A program made the position numbers and the translations under genes. This document shows, one piece after another, positions 27,238-38,389 of a stretch of DNA of 64,000 nucleotides (its first letter is position 1; every line of letters begins with the position of its first letter). This stretch comes from a virus, in IMG/VR virus record IMGVR_UViG_3300049215_000527, positions 21,178 through 85,177 of that record. One strand, given 5' to 3'. Under the pieces are notes generated by a model. The model was not told the DNA's origin. It saw only the letters and a list, made by a program, of their open reading frames with translations, and searched no databases.

Positions 27238-30234
27238 ATGGCGCAAAACATGTTGGGCAACACCCTGGCCAAGATTGGGATCGATGCCCAGGCAGCCATG
27301 TCTGGCTCGATGGGGGTGGCGGGATTAGCCACCGCCGCCGTGGTGGGCCTGGGTGCTGGGGTAGCAGCGGTGGGTGTGGCCAGTATCAAGGCCGCCTCCA
27401 CCTTCCAAACCCAGATGGCCCGCATCAGTGGCCTCACGGGGTCATCGACGGAGCAGGTCAAATACTACCAACAACAGATCCTCGCCCTCTCGCCCACCTG
27501 GGACATGTCAGCAACCGATGCCGCTAAGGCCCTTTACTTCATCATTAGCGCGGGCTTCAGTGGTTCCAAAGCCATTGATGTGCTGAACTATTCCGCGAAA
27601 AGTGCCACCGCGTCCTTGGCCGATCAGGCCACGGTGGCGGACGCGCTCACGAGTATGCTCAACGCTTACAAAGACTCGAACATTTCCGCTGCGGAAGCCG
27701 CCAATGATCTAACCAAGATCGAGATCTACGGTAAGGCGCAACTGGGGTCATTCGCCTCATCGCTCGGCTTCACGATGGTGACTGCCCATGCTGCGGGGAT
27801 CAGCATTTCCGAGGCGTCCGCTGCCGTAGCGGATCTGAGCCAGGTGTCGGGCAACCACGGTATTCGGCGTAGACATGCATGCGCCTTTGGGGAGCAATCC
27901 CCATCGAAGAACTGTTCTGAATTCGGCGAAACCCCCAACTATGCCGCCGCATAAGTGGGCAACGCCGAGCGAACCGCCTCAGTGTTGAGTGCGGGCGTGT
28001 AGAGACTAAGTGAACGGCTCCCTACAGTGTCGTAGGGATGGAGCCATAGTCCGACCTGCATGGGAACATGCAGAGGCCAGCAGAAATGCCTGGTCCCGCC
28101 TTCGGGTGAGTAACAATGTTTGATGCAAAACGAGTTCGACAACCTCGCGCGATCCCTCCTGGATATCAACGCCATCGCCAAAAGGGCTAAGGCGCAGGGC
28201 CTGAACTTCGACGCCAATTCCTTTGCGACGATGACGTTTATCCAGAAGTTACAGTACCTGCAACATATCTCAGGAGCACTATCCAGCAACATCAACGACG
28301 AAACCTACTCCATGATGAAGAGCACCGACGCCACCCAGAACCAGTTGGCGGTGACGGCGCAGTTGGATCTCCACCTAGATAAGGCCAATTCGTCTTTCAT
28401 GAAACTCACCGGGGGCGCGGCGGCCTTCATCCCCGCTGCCATTTTGCTTTCCGGTAAAGCCTCAGAGTACAACATGATCCTGGGGCAGATGCATAACCAG
28501 ACCGATCTGGTCACGGCAGCCTTCCTCAACATGCGTGGCACCTTGGCACAATCGTTAAAGATGCTGGAAATTCGTTTCCAGAACATCTTGATTGTGTTGG
28601 GCTTACAACTCATCCCCGTCGTCACCAACGTGGCCAAGAGCTTCCTCGGGGCTGTGGATGGGGTCATGGCCTTTGTACAAAGCGCCAATGGCCTCGAAAT
28701 TATCAAGCAGGGCCTCATCGGTCTGGCCATTCTGCTCACGGGGGTCGTCGTTCCCGCCATTGTGAGCGCCGTCATGGCGGCGGCGCCGTTCACGCTCACC
28801 CTCATCGCCGTGGCAACGGTCTGCATTTTCCTAGGCAAAGCCGTCGAGGCCGTCGTCGCGCACTTTGGCGGGATGGATAACATCCTGCGCATGGTGCATC
28901 CCGTCATTGCTGCCATCGGGCAGGCCTTAGGCATGCTGGGGCGGGACTTGCATAAATCGCTTGCCAATCCCGCCATGCAGCAGGGCCTACAACAACTCAA
29001 GCAGGCCTTTATTGAACTCCTGCCGACCTTCAAGGCATCGGCGATCTTTGCGGGCATCATCCTGGTCGTTGCCCTCAAGCTCTTCGTCGTCGCCCTGGAC
29101 GTGGTGATCAAGATCATCCCTATCGCTGTGCGAATCATCGGCACCATCGCACTCGTCCTGGCGACGGTAGCCGCCGCCTTCACCCAGTTTGTGACGCACA
29201 TCCCGCAACTCTGGTCGCAGATGTGGTCTACCATCGGGCGGGCCATCGGCAACTTCTTCTCTGGCCTGGGTACGATGGTGCATAATGGTCTCGGCAAAGT
29301 CGGGGAGTTTTTCGGCGCGGCCTTCGCGGCGCTGGGGCGGGTGATCGATGATTTCGCCACCCTCACCCCGCAAAAGATCGAGACCGCCATTGGCTATGCC
29401 ATCGGCTTCCTGATTGCCCTGCCTATTCGGGGCGTGGAGTTGGTGGTGGGCTTTACCCTGGCGGCCATGCGCGCCATCGACCGCTTCGTCGTGTCGTTGC
29501 CTGCCCGTATCGCTGGCATGGCGACCGTGGCCGTCCTGGCCATCGGACGGTTCAAGACGGCGGCCATTCAAACGTTCGTGACATTTGTCACGAATGCCAT
29601 CACGACCATTCAACGGCTCATCACCGAGGCCCCCGGCGTGCTGTTGCAGATGGCCATCGCCATGATTACCCGGCTCAAGCAACTGGTCGTTGATGGGGCG
29701 AAGCAGACGTATGACTTGGGCGTTGCCATCATCAATGAACTCAAGAAACTGCCAGGACAAGCCCTTGCGGTCATCAAGGATTTCATCCAAGGGATCATCA
29801 ACGGCATCAAGAATGGCGCGGGCGCAGTGTGGGATGCCATCAAGAACATGGCGGGTGGCATGATCAACGGCTTCAAGAATGCCCTGGGCATTCACTCGCC
29901 CTCCACCATCATGTTCGCGATGGGCACCAACCTCAGTCAAGGCCTCATCAACGGCTTCAAGAGCCTCGATGTGGCGGGAGCATGGCTGGCACACACGGCG
30001 GGCCTCACCAATCCGCTCGTCGCACCGGGTCTTGCCACCAGTGGCATCAGTTCGGCGGCGTTGGCGGGGGCAGGGGGGGGTGGCACGGTGGCTCCCGTCT
30101 ACAACGTCACCATCCATGCCCTGGATGGCAAAGATGCCGCCAATCAATTTGAGAAGATGATCATCCGACACGAGCAAACCACCTATCGTCGCAGCCGCCG
30201 CCCCGGTGGCTACAGTGGCGTGAACGCAGGATAG
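27238..30234 (+). CDS. Tape measure protein, two exons (27238-27870 and 28123-30234), about 914 aa spliced
   Basis: TP901-type TMP core (FQTQMARISGLTG...AAKALYFIISAG), hydrophobic repeats, KNALGIHSPS; exons join in frame as GNHGIRR|MQNEFD. Confidence 0.9.
27871..28122 (+). ncRNA. Self-splicing group I intron (252 nt, no ORF)
   Basis: P1 ggcgU.Gcgcc wobble; IGS tgcat pairs with 3' exon atgca (P10); P2 with GCAA loop; P3 ctgttc/gaacgg; P4 ttcggcg/cgccgag; P7 gacta/tagtc; P8; P9 ctgcatg-ggaa-catgcag; terminal G; in-frame stop inside. Confidence 0.93.
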
Positions 30235-30238
30235 AACG

Positions 30239-33200
30239 ATGACGAACGCAACCACCCTTCAGTTGGGTTTTTGGCAGCAATCCACCGATCAGTTTGTGGC
30301 ACACCCGAATAGTCCCACCGGAGCCATCCTCAACCTCAATGATGGTGTGACCTACACCCTCATGGATAAATCCGGGGGCAAGGGGGAAGGCTTTGACTGG
30401 GGGACATTGAAGCGCGAGGTACTGTCCACGGGCAACCCACGCACGGTGGGCGAGGTCATCACCGTCGCCAACTACCGCGAGAACCGCGAACTGAAACTCC
30501 ACCTCTATCTGGGACCAGCGGCAGCCTTTGTCACGCTGGACACGGCGCTGCACAACCTCGTGCAACTCTGTCGGGGCATCACCAAAGAGTATCCAGGGGC
30601 GTTACAGTTTCAGTATGTGGGCATGGCCACCCCCATCTACTTTGATGTCCTGGAAGCGCACGTCGATGACCACTACCAGGAGTTGATGTGGTGGCAGGGC
30701 GTGGATGACACGATTGAGGTGACGTTCACCGTCAAGCCCTTTGCCCGTGGCGCCCGCCAATGGTTGCAAAACCTCGTCAACAATCCCGGCGCGGAGACCC
30801 CCTCTGGGCCAGGGGTGAGCGTGTTTACGGACACGCTCACCAACACCAATGCCTACCAGGCCACGGCGTACCTCAATGCCGTCGAGACGGATACCCCGTT
30901 GCGGCTCTACACGCTGGGGGACAACGCAGGGCAAACCACCGTCGTGGATTTAGGCAGTCAACTGCAAAATGGCACGGTGACGGGCGGCGTCACGCTGGGA
31001 CAATCCGGCGATCAGTTGAACTACACGGCGGCCTTGCTCAATGGCACCACAGGCTATATCACGATGCCCAGCCCTGGCACATTGCCCACGGGCAACGCTG
31101 CATGGAGCCTGGAGGCCCTGGTCAATATCGCCAGTAACCCATCCAGCACGGCCACGGTGGTGGGCATCGGCACGAGTACATCCAGCAAGAGCGTCGGGCA
31201 GATCCTCATCACCTCCTCTGGCGTCCCGCAGGCGGATGTCAACGGCAGTACCGTCTCCGGCACGGCGCTCTCGACGGCCACGTGGCATCATCTGGTGGCA
31301 ACGTATGACGGCACAACCTTGAAACTCTACGTCGATGGCAGTAGCGTCGGCACCCCCACCACACCAGGGACGCTCTCCCTCACGGGGGCCTATGCTACCA
31401 TTGGGGTGCGACCCGCTGCCTCGACAGGGGCCTTCTTGCCCGGCACGGTGCAGATGGTGGCGGTGTATAACGCCGCACTCACCTCGACAAGGGTCACAGC
31501 ACACTATACGCCACTTTCCTACTCTTACAGCACGCAGGACAAGCTGACCTACCTCGATGTCGTGCTGGCCGATGCACCTGTACGCTACTATCGCATGGAT
31601 GAGGCCAGTGGCACGACCTTGCATGACGCGATGGGCAGTGGCAACAATGCCACGACGCATGCCAGCCCCACGCTGGGGGCGACGGGCCTGCTCACGGGCG
31701 ACAGTGATACGGCGGTGACGTTTGCGAGTGCCAGTAGTCAATATGCGAGCATGCCCACGACGGGCTTGCCCAGTGGCGCGATGACGGGTGGCGCAACGCT
31801 GGAATGCCTCATCAAATATGTTTCGCAGCCTGCGTCGGGCGATAACGTGATGGTGCATTTTGGCACCCCTGGCAGTGCGGGCGAGGATTTCAATATTGCC
31901 ATCGACGGCACGACGAAGAAGCCGTGGGTATCGATTTGGGGCACGAACTCCCTGGGCAGTGGTGCCCTCAGTAATGCGACGACCTATCACGTCGTTGGCA
32001 CCTACGATGGCGCGCAGATGCGCCTGTATGTCAATGGCTCGCTGGTGGCGGGTCCCACGACGGTCTCGGCCAATATCGTGCTGGCCACCGCCTCCATTGC
32101 CTATGGCGACACCGCAAGCACGTATACCTCGGCCACCATGGATGAGGTGGCCATTTACAACTATGCGCTGTCCAGTGCTCGCGTGACGGCGCACTATACC
32201 GCCGCCACCAATGCGCCATCGACCACCACTAACACCCTCTCGCTGCCTGCTGGGGCGCAAGTAACCTTCGGCAGTCCGGCCTGGACGGGCATCAATCAAT
32301 GGCAGGTGCGGTTCCGCTGGACGGCATCCCTTACGGCCAACTTTTACATCCACTACCTCAATCCCAGTAACTATCTCTTGGTGCAGGCGCAAAGTAGTAG
32401 TTTGAACCTTATCAACGTCGTGGCTGGGGCTAGTACCACCATCGCCACCAATGGTTCAGTCTTTTACGTTCCTGGTATGCAGTATTGGGTGCAGATCACG
32501 CAGTTTCCCTTTCTCCCTCAGGTGCAAGCTGGCCCCTATGCGTTGGGGGTGACCTCAGGCTCGTATGTCCAGGCAACGCTGCTCGCGGATAGCGCGGGCG
32601 CGCCGGGCAATAGTATCCTGACCATTGGTCCCGCCGCCAGCACCGATACGGGATCGGCTTACACGGGTTCTGGGGTGACCTCCTCGCTCGTGGGGCGTTG
32701 CCAGATTGGCGCCGTCGGCGCGGCGCTGGGGCTCGGCGGCAACTTCAGCAACATCAATCAGGTGCAGTTGTTTGGTCCGGGTGGGTGGGGGTACAGCAAT
32801 ATCAGCGCGCCGACAGGTCCCAGTAGCGGGGCGTGGGAGACGTATGCCAGCGCCTACAATGCGGGCAACACCTATGGCGGCGGTCCCGTCGTCTCGTATG
32901 GCGCGGGGCGCATCGACTGCGCCCCAGCGGGCACGGTAAATGCCCAGTGGCTCTCTGGCACGGCCGGCAGTAGCACGGCGATGATCCTGACAGGCATCGC
33001 CGCCACGCAAAACCTACCCGTTGGGAGCCAGGCGATTGGCCAAGTCTTTGGCGTGAGTGCCTGGGTCAAAGCGCCGCTCATCGGTGCCAGCGCTACCGTG
33101 ACGCTGAGCGTCATCGAGTACAACAGCAGCGGCGCGGTGACGACGAGTGGTAGCGTCGCCACCCACACCGGACCCCTGAGTAGCTATACCCAACTTAGTG

Positions 33201-34315
33201 GCACCTACACCGTCGCCAATAGCAGCACGACCTATCTCTTGGTGGCCATTACGCTGGCGGACAGCAATGCCGGGGCCTCGGCCAACGCCACGCTGTGGTG
33301 GGATAATGTGCTGGCATGGAATCAAACCGTGACGGGCGCGACGACGATGCCCTGGTGCGATCTGCGCGGCACGTTGGCCCCTGGCACGCTCGTCCTCTCT
33401 GGCCTCTTGGGTGACACCCCCGCCCCCGCCATGCTCAGCCTTGGCGTCAACATCGGCACCACCGCCTGGCCCACGGGGCGCAACGCCAACATCTTCGTGG
33501 GACGGCGCGCCAAATTCAGCAAGTATGCTTTTCTCGTCGCCAACTATGCGTATAGCATCAATGCGTCCCTGTTGACGCCCACCTTGAGCAGCACCAACTA
33601 TGGTGGCTGGTACCTCTCCTCGGCGGCCTCGTCGACGAGTCAAATCCTGACCTTTCCCAGCATGGCCTTCGACACCATGGGGCACAATATCCTCGATGGC
33701 CAGTACCACGCCTTTGGTCGCATCCAGGTGACGGGGGCCGCCACGGCCAGCGCGGTGGGCGCCAATGCCAGCATCATCTACTCAGGTGCCCTCTCCGCCG
33801 CGCCCTATAGCTATCCCAACCAGTATCCCTTTAGTGCGAATAGCACGTGGTACCAGGCCGATTTGGGCCTCTACTCCACCAACGTGAGTCTGCCCAGCAC
33901 GCTGGCCAATCAGAGCAACTACATCCAGCCCTTCATCGGCTGCGACACCAGCAGCAAAACATTCATTGCCAACGTCATGGCCCTCATCCCCGTCGATGCC
34001 GAGTTTTTCGCCCTCTACCTCGCCAACCCCTCGCTGGCCTACACGGGGGGCTGGGTCCACAGTTACCTCGATGGCATCAATCGTAGCGCCACCTTTACGG
34101 TGGACACAGCGGCGGGGGCCAACCCCGCCAACGCCATCGCCAGCGTCTTTAGTAATGCCTCAGTGACGAGCCTGGGCTATTCGCAGCCCATCGTTGATCC
34201 GACCTTGGCGGGGGGCATCAATCAATTTGGCCTAGTGGCCCAAGATTCGACGGGCAATATCTTGCCCTACACGGTCGAGGTGATCTACTCGCCGCTGTAT
34301 GATTTTAGTAGCTAA
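30239..34315 (+). CDS. Distal tail (Dit)-like protein with two LamG/concanavalin domains and a CBM-like domain; probable receptor-binding protein
   Basis: Follows TMP; two repeats with WHHLVATYDGTTLKLYVDG and YHVVGTYDGAQMRLYVNG. Confidence 0.8.
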   Translation: MTNATTLQLGFWQQSTDQFVAHPNSPTGAILNLNDGVTYTLMDKSGGKGEGFDWGTLKREVLSTGNPRTVGEVITVANYRENRELKLHLYLGPAAAFVTLDTALHNLVQLCRGITKEYPGALQFQYVGMATPIYFDVLEAHVDDHYQELMWWQGVDDTIEVTFTVKPFARGARQWLQNLVNNPGAETPSGPGVSVFTDTLTNTNAYQATAYLNAVETDTPLRLYTLGDNAGQTTVVDLGSQLQNGTVTGGVTLGQSGDQLNYTAALLNGTTGYITMPSPGTLPTGNAAWSLEALVNIASNPSSTATVVGIGTSTSSKSVGQILITSSGVPQADVNGSTVSGTALSTATWHHLVATYDGTTLKLYVDGSSVGTPTTPGTLSLTGAYATIGVRPAASTGAFLPGTVQMVAVYNAALTSTRVTAHYTPLSYSYSTQDKLTYLDVVLADAPVRYYRMDEASGTTLHDAMGSGNNATTHASPTLGATGLLTGDSDTAVTFASASSQYASMPTTGLPSGAMTGGATLECLIKYVSQPASGDNVMVHFGTPGSAGEDFNIAIDGTTKKPWVSIWGTNSLGSGALSNATTYHVVGTYDGAQMRLYVNGSLVAGPTTVSANIVLATASIAYGDTASTYTSATMDEVAIYNYALSSARVTAHYTAATNAPSTTTNTLSLPAGAQVTFGSPAWTGINQWQVRFRWTASLTANFYIHYLNPSNYLLVQAQSSSLNLINVVAGASTTIATNGSVFYVPGMQYWVQITQFPFLPQVQAGPYALGVTSGSYVQATLLADSAGAPGNSILTIGPAASTDTGSAYTGSGVTSSLVGRCQIGAVGAALGLGGNFSNINQVQLFGPGGWGYSNISAPTGPSSGAWETYASAYNAGNTYGGGPVVSYGAGRIDCAPAGTVNAQWLSGTAGSSTAMILTGIAATQNLPVGSQAIGQVFGVSAWVKAPLIGASATVTLSVIEYNSSGAVTTSGSVATHTGPLSSYTQLSGTYTVANSSTTYLLVAITLADSNAGASANATLWWDNVLAWNQTVTGATTMPWCDLRGTLAPGTLVLSGLLGDTPAPAMLSLGVNIGTTAWPTGRNANIFVGRRAKFSKYAFLVANYAYSINASLLTPTLSSTNYGGWYLSSAASSTSQILTFPSMAFDTMGHNILDGQYHAFGRIQVTGAATASAVGANASIIYSGALSAAPYSYPNQYPFSANSTWYQADLGLYSTNVSLPSTLANQSNYIQPFIGCDTSSKTFIANVMALIPVDAEFFALYLANPSLAYTGGWVHSYLDGINRSATFTVDTAAGANPANAIASVFSNASVTSLGYSQPIVDPTLAGGINQFGLVAQDSTGNILPYTVEVIYSPLYDFSS

Positions 34316-34326
34316 CAGGTGGCCCC

Positions 34327-35829
34327 ATGCCTACGCCCGTGCCCATCAGTGCCTATTTCTATAACCTCGCGCAGACGTTACCCGTCACGGATTACGGCGC
34401 GCAACTGGAAAATCTGAAGCTCACGACCATCGCCCCTGGGGGCTTTGGCGACTTCACCTGCGATCTCTACGTGCCCAGTACCCAGATCCCCAACCAGAAC
34501 TTTGCCAGCTTCAACAATGTGGCCTTGAACTGCGCGGGGACGTGGATCTTCTTGGGTCGCCTCGATGAGCCAGGGGTGGATCTCGATAAAACGTATGGCC
34601 CCGTCCTGCATTTGTCGGCGCTAGGGGCCAGTGATGTCCTCAAGGATGATCCCCAAGACACCGCCTATACCAGTCAGACATGGCTACAAATCATCACCGA
34701 TCAACTCTCTGGCCCCACCGGAGCCAGTCACCCCCGCTCCAACTACCTCCCCCTCTCGACGGATACCAGTCTCATTTTGCCCGACAATCCGGCCAGCACC
34801 TATAGCCCCGAATTTAACGCACTCACCATTGAGGATATCTTGAATCAGGGCTGCAACGACCTGGGCGATTACACCTGGGCGGTGTGGAATCATCTGCAAC
34901 AAATTGATGCCCAAGGCTTTCCCAAGTGGCAGTTACAGGTCCATGCCCGCAACTTTGGCCTGACCACACCCTCCATCAATTACCGTGTGACGCAAGAGCA
35001 GATCATTGATTTTGACATTCGTCCCGCCGTCGAGTACAGCTTCAATAGTATCTATCTCGTCTATCGTGACCCCACAACGCAGAACCCCGGCGCGGTGCAG
35101 GTGCAGGATAGCCGCCTCAATAGCAACCGCAGCCAGGGTACGGCACCCTTCCCCTTTCGCCTCATGCGCAAGGACGTGTCGGATGCACTCCTCACGGCCA
35201 CGCAGGCCACGACCCTGGCGAATGCGTTGCTCAATCAATACAAGAATGGCTCCTACAAAATCACGATGACGCTGGGTGCCATTAGTGATAACAACGGCAG
35301 CCCTATCCCACTCGCTACCGTGCGGGCGGATAACAACGTCTTTGTCGATCTCTTGACGCCGCTGGGGCCTACCCTACCCACGGGCATCACCAAAGATGCG
35401 GGCCTGTTCTACATCACCGAGACCGAATACACCGAGACCAAGGGCGAGACGCCGCAGTTGGTGCTGACCTGCGACACCTTCTATGATTCCAGCGCCTTTC
35501 AGTTGGCTCGCATCCAACGGCCTGTGAAGCAAACCTTAGGGGCCAAGACGAAGGGGTCACTGTTGCAACCCGGCATTGCCGAGACGGGGCAGGTGGGGAC
35601 CAGTTGGGGCGGCAATGCGCTGAGCACTGACACGTACGAAGAAGGGGTCAACTTTAAGAGTACGCTCAATTCTGCTCCTGCCAGTATTACGCTCACGGCC
35701 ACCTCCACCAGTAATGCCAATACGCCTACCGCCGCCAACATTCAAACGACGGGCTTCGAGTTCAAGGTGACGCCTACGGCTAATGGCGCGGGGCGTTGGT
35801 ATGGCAGTTACAAAGGGGTAGGGACCTGA
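34327..35829 (+). CDS. Baseplate hub/Tal-like tail protein
   Basis: Follows Dit; PGGFGDFTCDL...IFLGRLDE pattern. Confidence 0.65.
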   Translation: MPTPVPISAYFYNLAQTLPVTDYGAQLENLKLTTIAPGGFGDFTCDLYVPSTQIPNQNFASFNNVALNCAGTWIFLGRLDEPGVDLDKTYGPVLHLSALGASDVLKDDPQDTAYTSQTWLQIITDQLSGPTGASHPRSNYLPLSTDTSLILPDNPASTYSPEFNALTIEDILNQGCNDLGDYTWAVWNHLQQIDAQGFPKWQLQVHARNFGLTTPSINYRVTQEQIIDFDIRPAVEYSFNSIYLVYRDPTTQNPGAVQVQDSRLNSNRSQGTAPFPFRLMRKDVSDALLTATQATTLANALLNQYKNGSYKITMTLGAISDNNGSPIPLATVRADNNVFVDLLTPLGPTLPTGITKDAGLFYITETEYTETKGETPQLVLTCDTFYDSSAFQLARIQRPVKQTLGAKTKGSLLQPGIAETGQVGTSWGGNALSTDTYEEGVNFKSTLNSAPASITLTATSTSNANTPTAANIQTTGFEFKVTPTANGAGRWYGSYKGVGT

Positions 35830-36275
35830 TGCTGACGCATGTAGATCATCTCAATCACACCTTCGACTTCCGCTGCGAACACTGCTATGAGCACTCCATC
35901 CAACTCCCCATACACCCTGATGCCGGGCATACCACCGTGCGGACTGAGGATGTCTTCATCACCTGCCCCGCCTGCAAAGCAAGGTGGGCAAGCCAAACGC
36001 CCTGCCCCCAGTGCCTGCATCAACCCACAAAAATCCACCCCCCCGCGATTGAGTTGATGCTCTTTGATTACCTCACGGCAATCGACACGGGCGATGCCGA
36101 GGAGCCGGAGAGCCTCGTGGGGACCATCCTGGAAGGAAACAATATCGTGGTGCTCGATGACCGCACGGGGCGGCGCCATCCCCAGCGCCAGCACCTCTGT
36201 CGTCTTATCCTCTCCCTGCAAGCCCATCCCCACATCGTGGCGGCCCGCGCCGCCGCCCGCGAGGTGACGCCGTGA
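35829..36275 (+). CDS. Cys-rich hypothetical protein
   Basis: Three CxxC pairs; overlapping start/stop coupling. Confidence 0.55.
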   Translation: MLTHVDHLNHTFDFRCEHCYEHSIQLPIHPDAGHTTVRTEDVFITCPACKARWASQTPCPQCLHQPTKIHPPAIELMLFDYLTAIDTGDAEEPESLVGTILEGNNIVVLDDRTGRRHPQRQHLCRLILSLQAHPHIVAARAAAREVTP

Positions 36276-36628
36276 CCGCAACGCCCAAACAACGCGCCAC
36301 TCATAGCAGATGGCCCCGCTGGGCGCAACACCCCATCCTGCTTATTCTGCTCGGTGTGCTGGGTGCCAGCGCCGATACCCTCACCACCTGGGTAGCCATC
36401 GCCCATCAGGCGGAGGAGGCCAATCCCCTCATTGCTTGGCTCATCGGCCAGGGCGCTTGGTGGGCCATCATCCTCATCAAGGGGGGCGAGATCACCCTCC
36501 TGGCGGGCTTCGTCCTGGCGCTGCGCCGTTGGCAGATTCGATCCGTCTGGGCGGATGGTTCGCTGTGGCTGGCGCTGGGCGTGCTCTGGTTTCCCGTCGT
36601 CTGGAATCTCCTGCAACTCGCCCGTTAG
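36272..36628 (+). CDS. DUF5658-like membrane protein
   Basis: ADTLTTWVAI...EEANPLIAWLI; three TM segments. Confidence 0.65.
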   Translation: MTATPKQRATHSRWPRWAQHPILLILLGVLGASADTLTTWVAIAHQAEEANPLIAWLIGQGAWWAIILIKGGEITLLAGFVLALRRWQIRSVWADGSLWLALGVLWFPVVWNLLQLAR

Positions 36629-36665
36629 CCCGCCTCATTATTTTTCACATTATCAGGAGCTTGCC

Positions 36666-37235
36666 ATGCCCAAGAAAGCCCGTACCACGCCCGATCACCG
36701 CACGGTGGAACACGTCCACGAGACACATGAAGCATCCGCCACGATTGAGATGTCGCCGCCACATTCTCCGCGAGTAGAAACAGCGGCATTTCGCAAATCC
36801 CGCAAGTTCCTGCTCGAAGTGAAGAGGCAGGGCTGCGCTATCTGTGGTGTGACCATCGACACGCTTAGCGACCCCGCCAAGAATATCTTTGGGGCAAAAA
36901 CACTCGAAGCCCACCACACCCCCATCGAATTTAGCACACAGGATGCGTGTGATCCGATGAAGGTGCATCTGGACTACCCCGAAGTCATTGACCGTGAGAC
37001 GCTGGCAGCCTTCGTGGATAGCCCACGCAATCTCGTGATCCTCTGCGACCAGCATCACCGCTCAGTAGATCGCGGGATTCACCATGTGTTGGTGCCGGAT
37101 TTCTGGGTACAAAAATACCTTCTTGATGGGTACCAACTTACGGCCACCGCCGCTGACGCCGCCGCCGTCGAAGCACATGATGAGCAGATCGAGCAATCCG
37201 CTGGGCTGGAAGTGGCAGAGGACAAAGCAGCATGA
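36666..37235 (+). CDS. HNH-fold protein
   Basis: CAICG...LEAHH...NLVILCDQHH...GIHH; AGGAG RBS. Confidence 0.7.
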   Translation: MPKKARTTPDHRTVEHVHETHEASATIEMSPPHSPRVETAAFRKSRKFLLEVKRQGCAICGVTIDTLSDPAKNIFGAKTLEAHHTPIEFSTQDACDPMKVHLDYPEVIDRETLAAFVDSPRNLVILCDQHHRSVDRGIHHVLVPDFWVQKYLLDGYQLTATAADAAAVEAHDEQIEQSAGLEVAEDKAA

Positions 37236-37369
37236 CCCTGGACGATCTCATTGCCCGCCTTGCCCCCACGCCCCTGGCGGCGTGCCTCTTCTGCCTCACT
37301 GGCTACATCGCCCTTGTCTTGAGCGTGCTGCTCCTGGTGGCCGCCATCTCCCATATCTGAGGTCTCCCC

Positions 37370-37681
37370 ATGCCCCCATCGGACGACAAGCCCATGACCT
37401 TTGCCGCCACCCATGAGCGCATGATCGGTGAAATTGACGCCAAACTCAATGCCACCGCGCAGCAACTGTCGATGTTGACGGAGCAGGTCAGTAAGATCTC
37501 GACCAATTTTGAGATCCTGCAATATCGCGTCAACGATCTCACCGAGCGGATGCGTGGCACTGAGGGACGCGAGCGTGACCAACAGAAGACCACCAATAAC
37601 AATAGCCAGGTACTCATTCGCGATATCGTCTACTGGGTCGTCGCCGCCGGAGCCATTCTGGTGGCGATCCTCAAGCCGTGA
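37370..37681 (+). CDS. Coiled-coil protein with a C-terminal TM (XhlA/holin-like)
   Basis: Heptad pattern, then YWVVAAGAILVAIL. Confidence 0.55.
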   Translation: MPPSDDKPMTFAATHERMIGEIDAKLNATAQQLSMLTEQVSKISTNFEILQYRVNDLTERMRGTEGRERDQQKTTNNNSQVLIRDIVYWVVAAGAILVAILKP

Positions 37682-37741
37682 TGTGAGATCGGACTTATCT
37701 TTTCCTTCATCCCCATCTTGCCCATCGCCAAGGAGACCCCC

Positions 37742-38389
37742 ATGTCCCAAGCACCGAACGTGCTCTATCAGCACGTTCCGCACCCACATACCCCGCGTAA
37801 CCCCAACCAAACCCATCTTGCCGAGCAACAGGCGCAAGGGTTCAACACCCGCCTCGCCGTGTGGCTCACACTGCATGTTGGGTCGATGCCCTGCGCGTAC
37901 CTTTTCGCCGCCATTGGCGTCGGCAGTCTCGTGGGCGTGCTCACGGGCAACGCCTTACTCGCTGTCCTGTGTGGCTCGCTGTCCAGCTACTTCCTGCAAC
38001 TGGTCCTCTTGCCCATATTGTCGGTCGGGCAGGGCGTCCTTGGGCGCAAGCAGGAACTACAAGCCGATGAACTCACGGCGACGGCGAGCCACACTTTCCA
38101 CGATCTGGGCCAAGTGGGCCAGCACCTCGACGCCCAAGATACCGTCGTCGTCGCCACCCATGCGAAGACGAGCGCCCTGGTCGATGCTGTGGCGGCATTA
38201 CAAGAGAGCCACGCCGCCCTGCACGCCAAGGTCGATGCCCTGGCAACACCCCCTGTGGCCCCAGCATCGTCGCCAGATGCCACGCCACCCAAGCGCACAC
38301 GCAAAGCCCTTACCCCCACGCCTGTACCCGCAGAGAGCGTCACAACGCCACCCGCAGCAGAGCTAGCCCCCACGGAGGTGGTCGCATGA
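37742..38389 (+). CDS. DUF1003-like membrane protein
   Basis: FNTRLAVWLTLHVGSM...LQLVLLPILSVGQ...KQELQAD. Confidence 0.7.
   Translation: MSQAPNVLYQHVPHPHTPRNPNQTHLAEQQAQGFNTRLAVWLTLHVGSMPCAYLFAAIGVGSLVGVLTGNALLAVLCGSLSSYFLQLVLLPILSVGQGVLGRKQELQADELTATASHTFHDLGQVGQHLDAQDTVVVATHAKTSALVDAVAALQESHAALHAKVDALATPPVAPASSPDATPPKRTRKALTPTPVPAESVTTPPAAELAPTEVVA

Noticed and set aside
27871-27954. C-terminal tail RHACAFGEQ...YAAA of ORF 27220-27954, and the TTG start at 28120
   Set aside because: Artefacts of reading into the group I intron; the two ORFs are exons of one gene
28111-28118. Alternative 3' splice site at G28118
   Set aside because: Out of frame with the P1-defined 5' site; P10 pairing supports G28122
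30239-35829. Diversity-generating retroelement or invertible tail cassette
   Set aside because: No reverse transcriptase, no near-identical TR/VR pair and no invertase; the LamG repeats are old, diverged duplications
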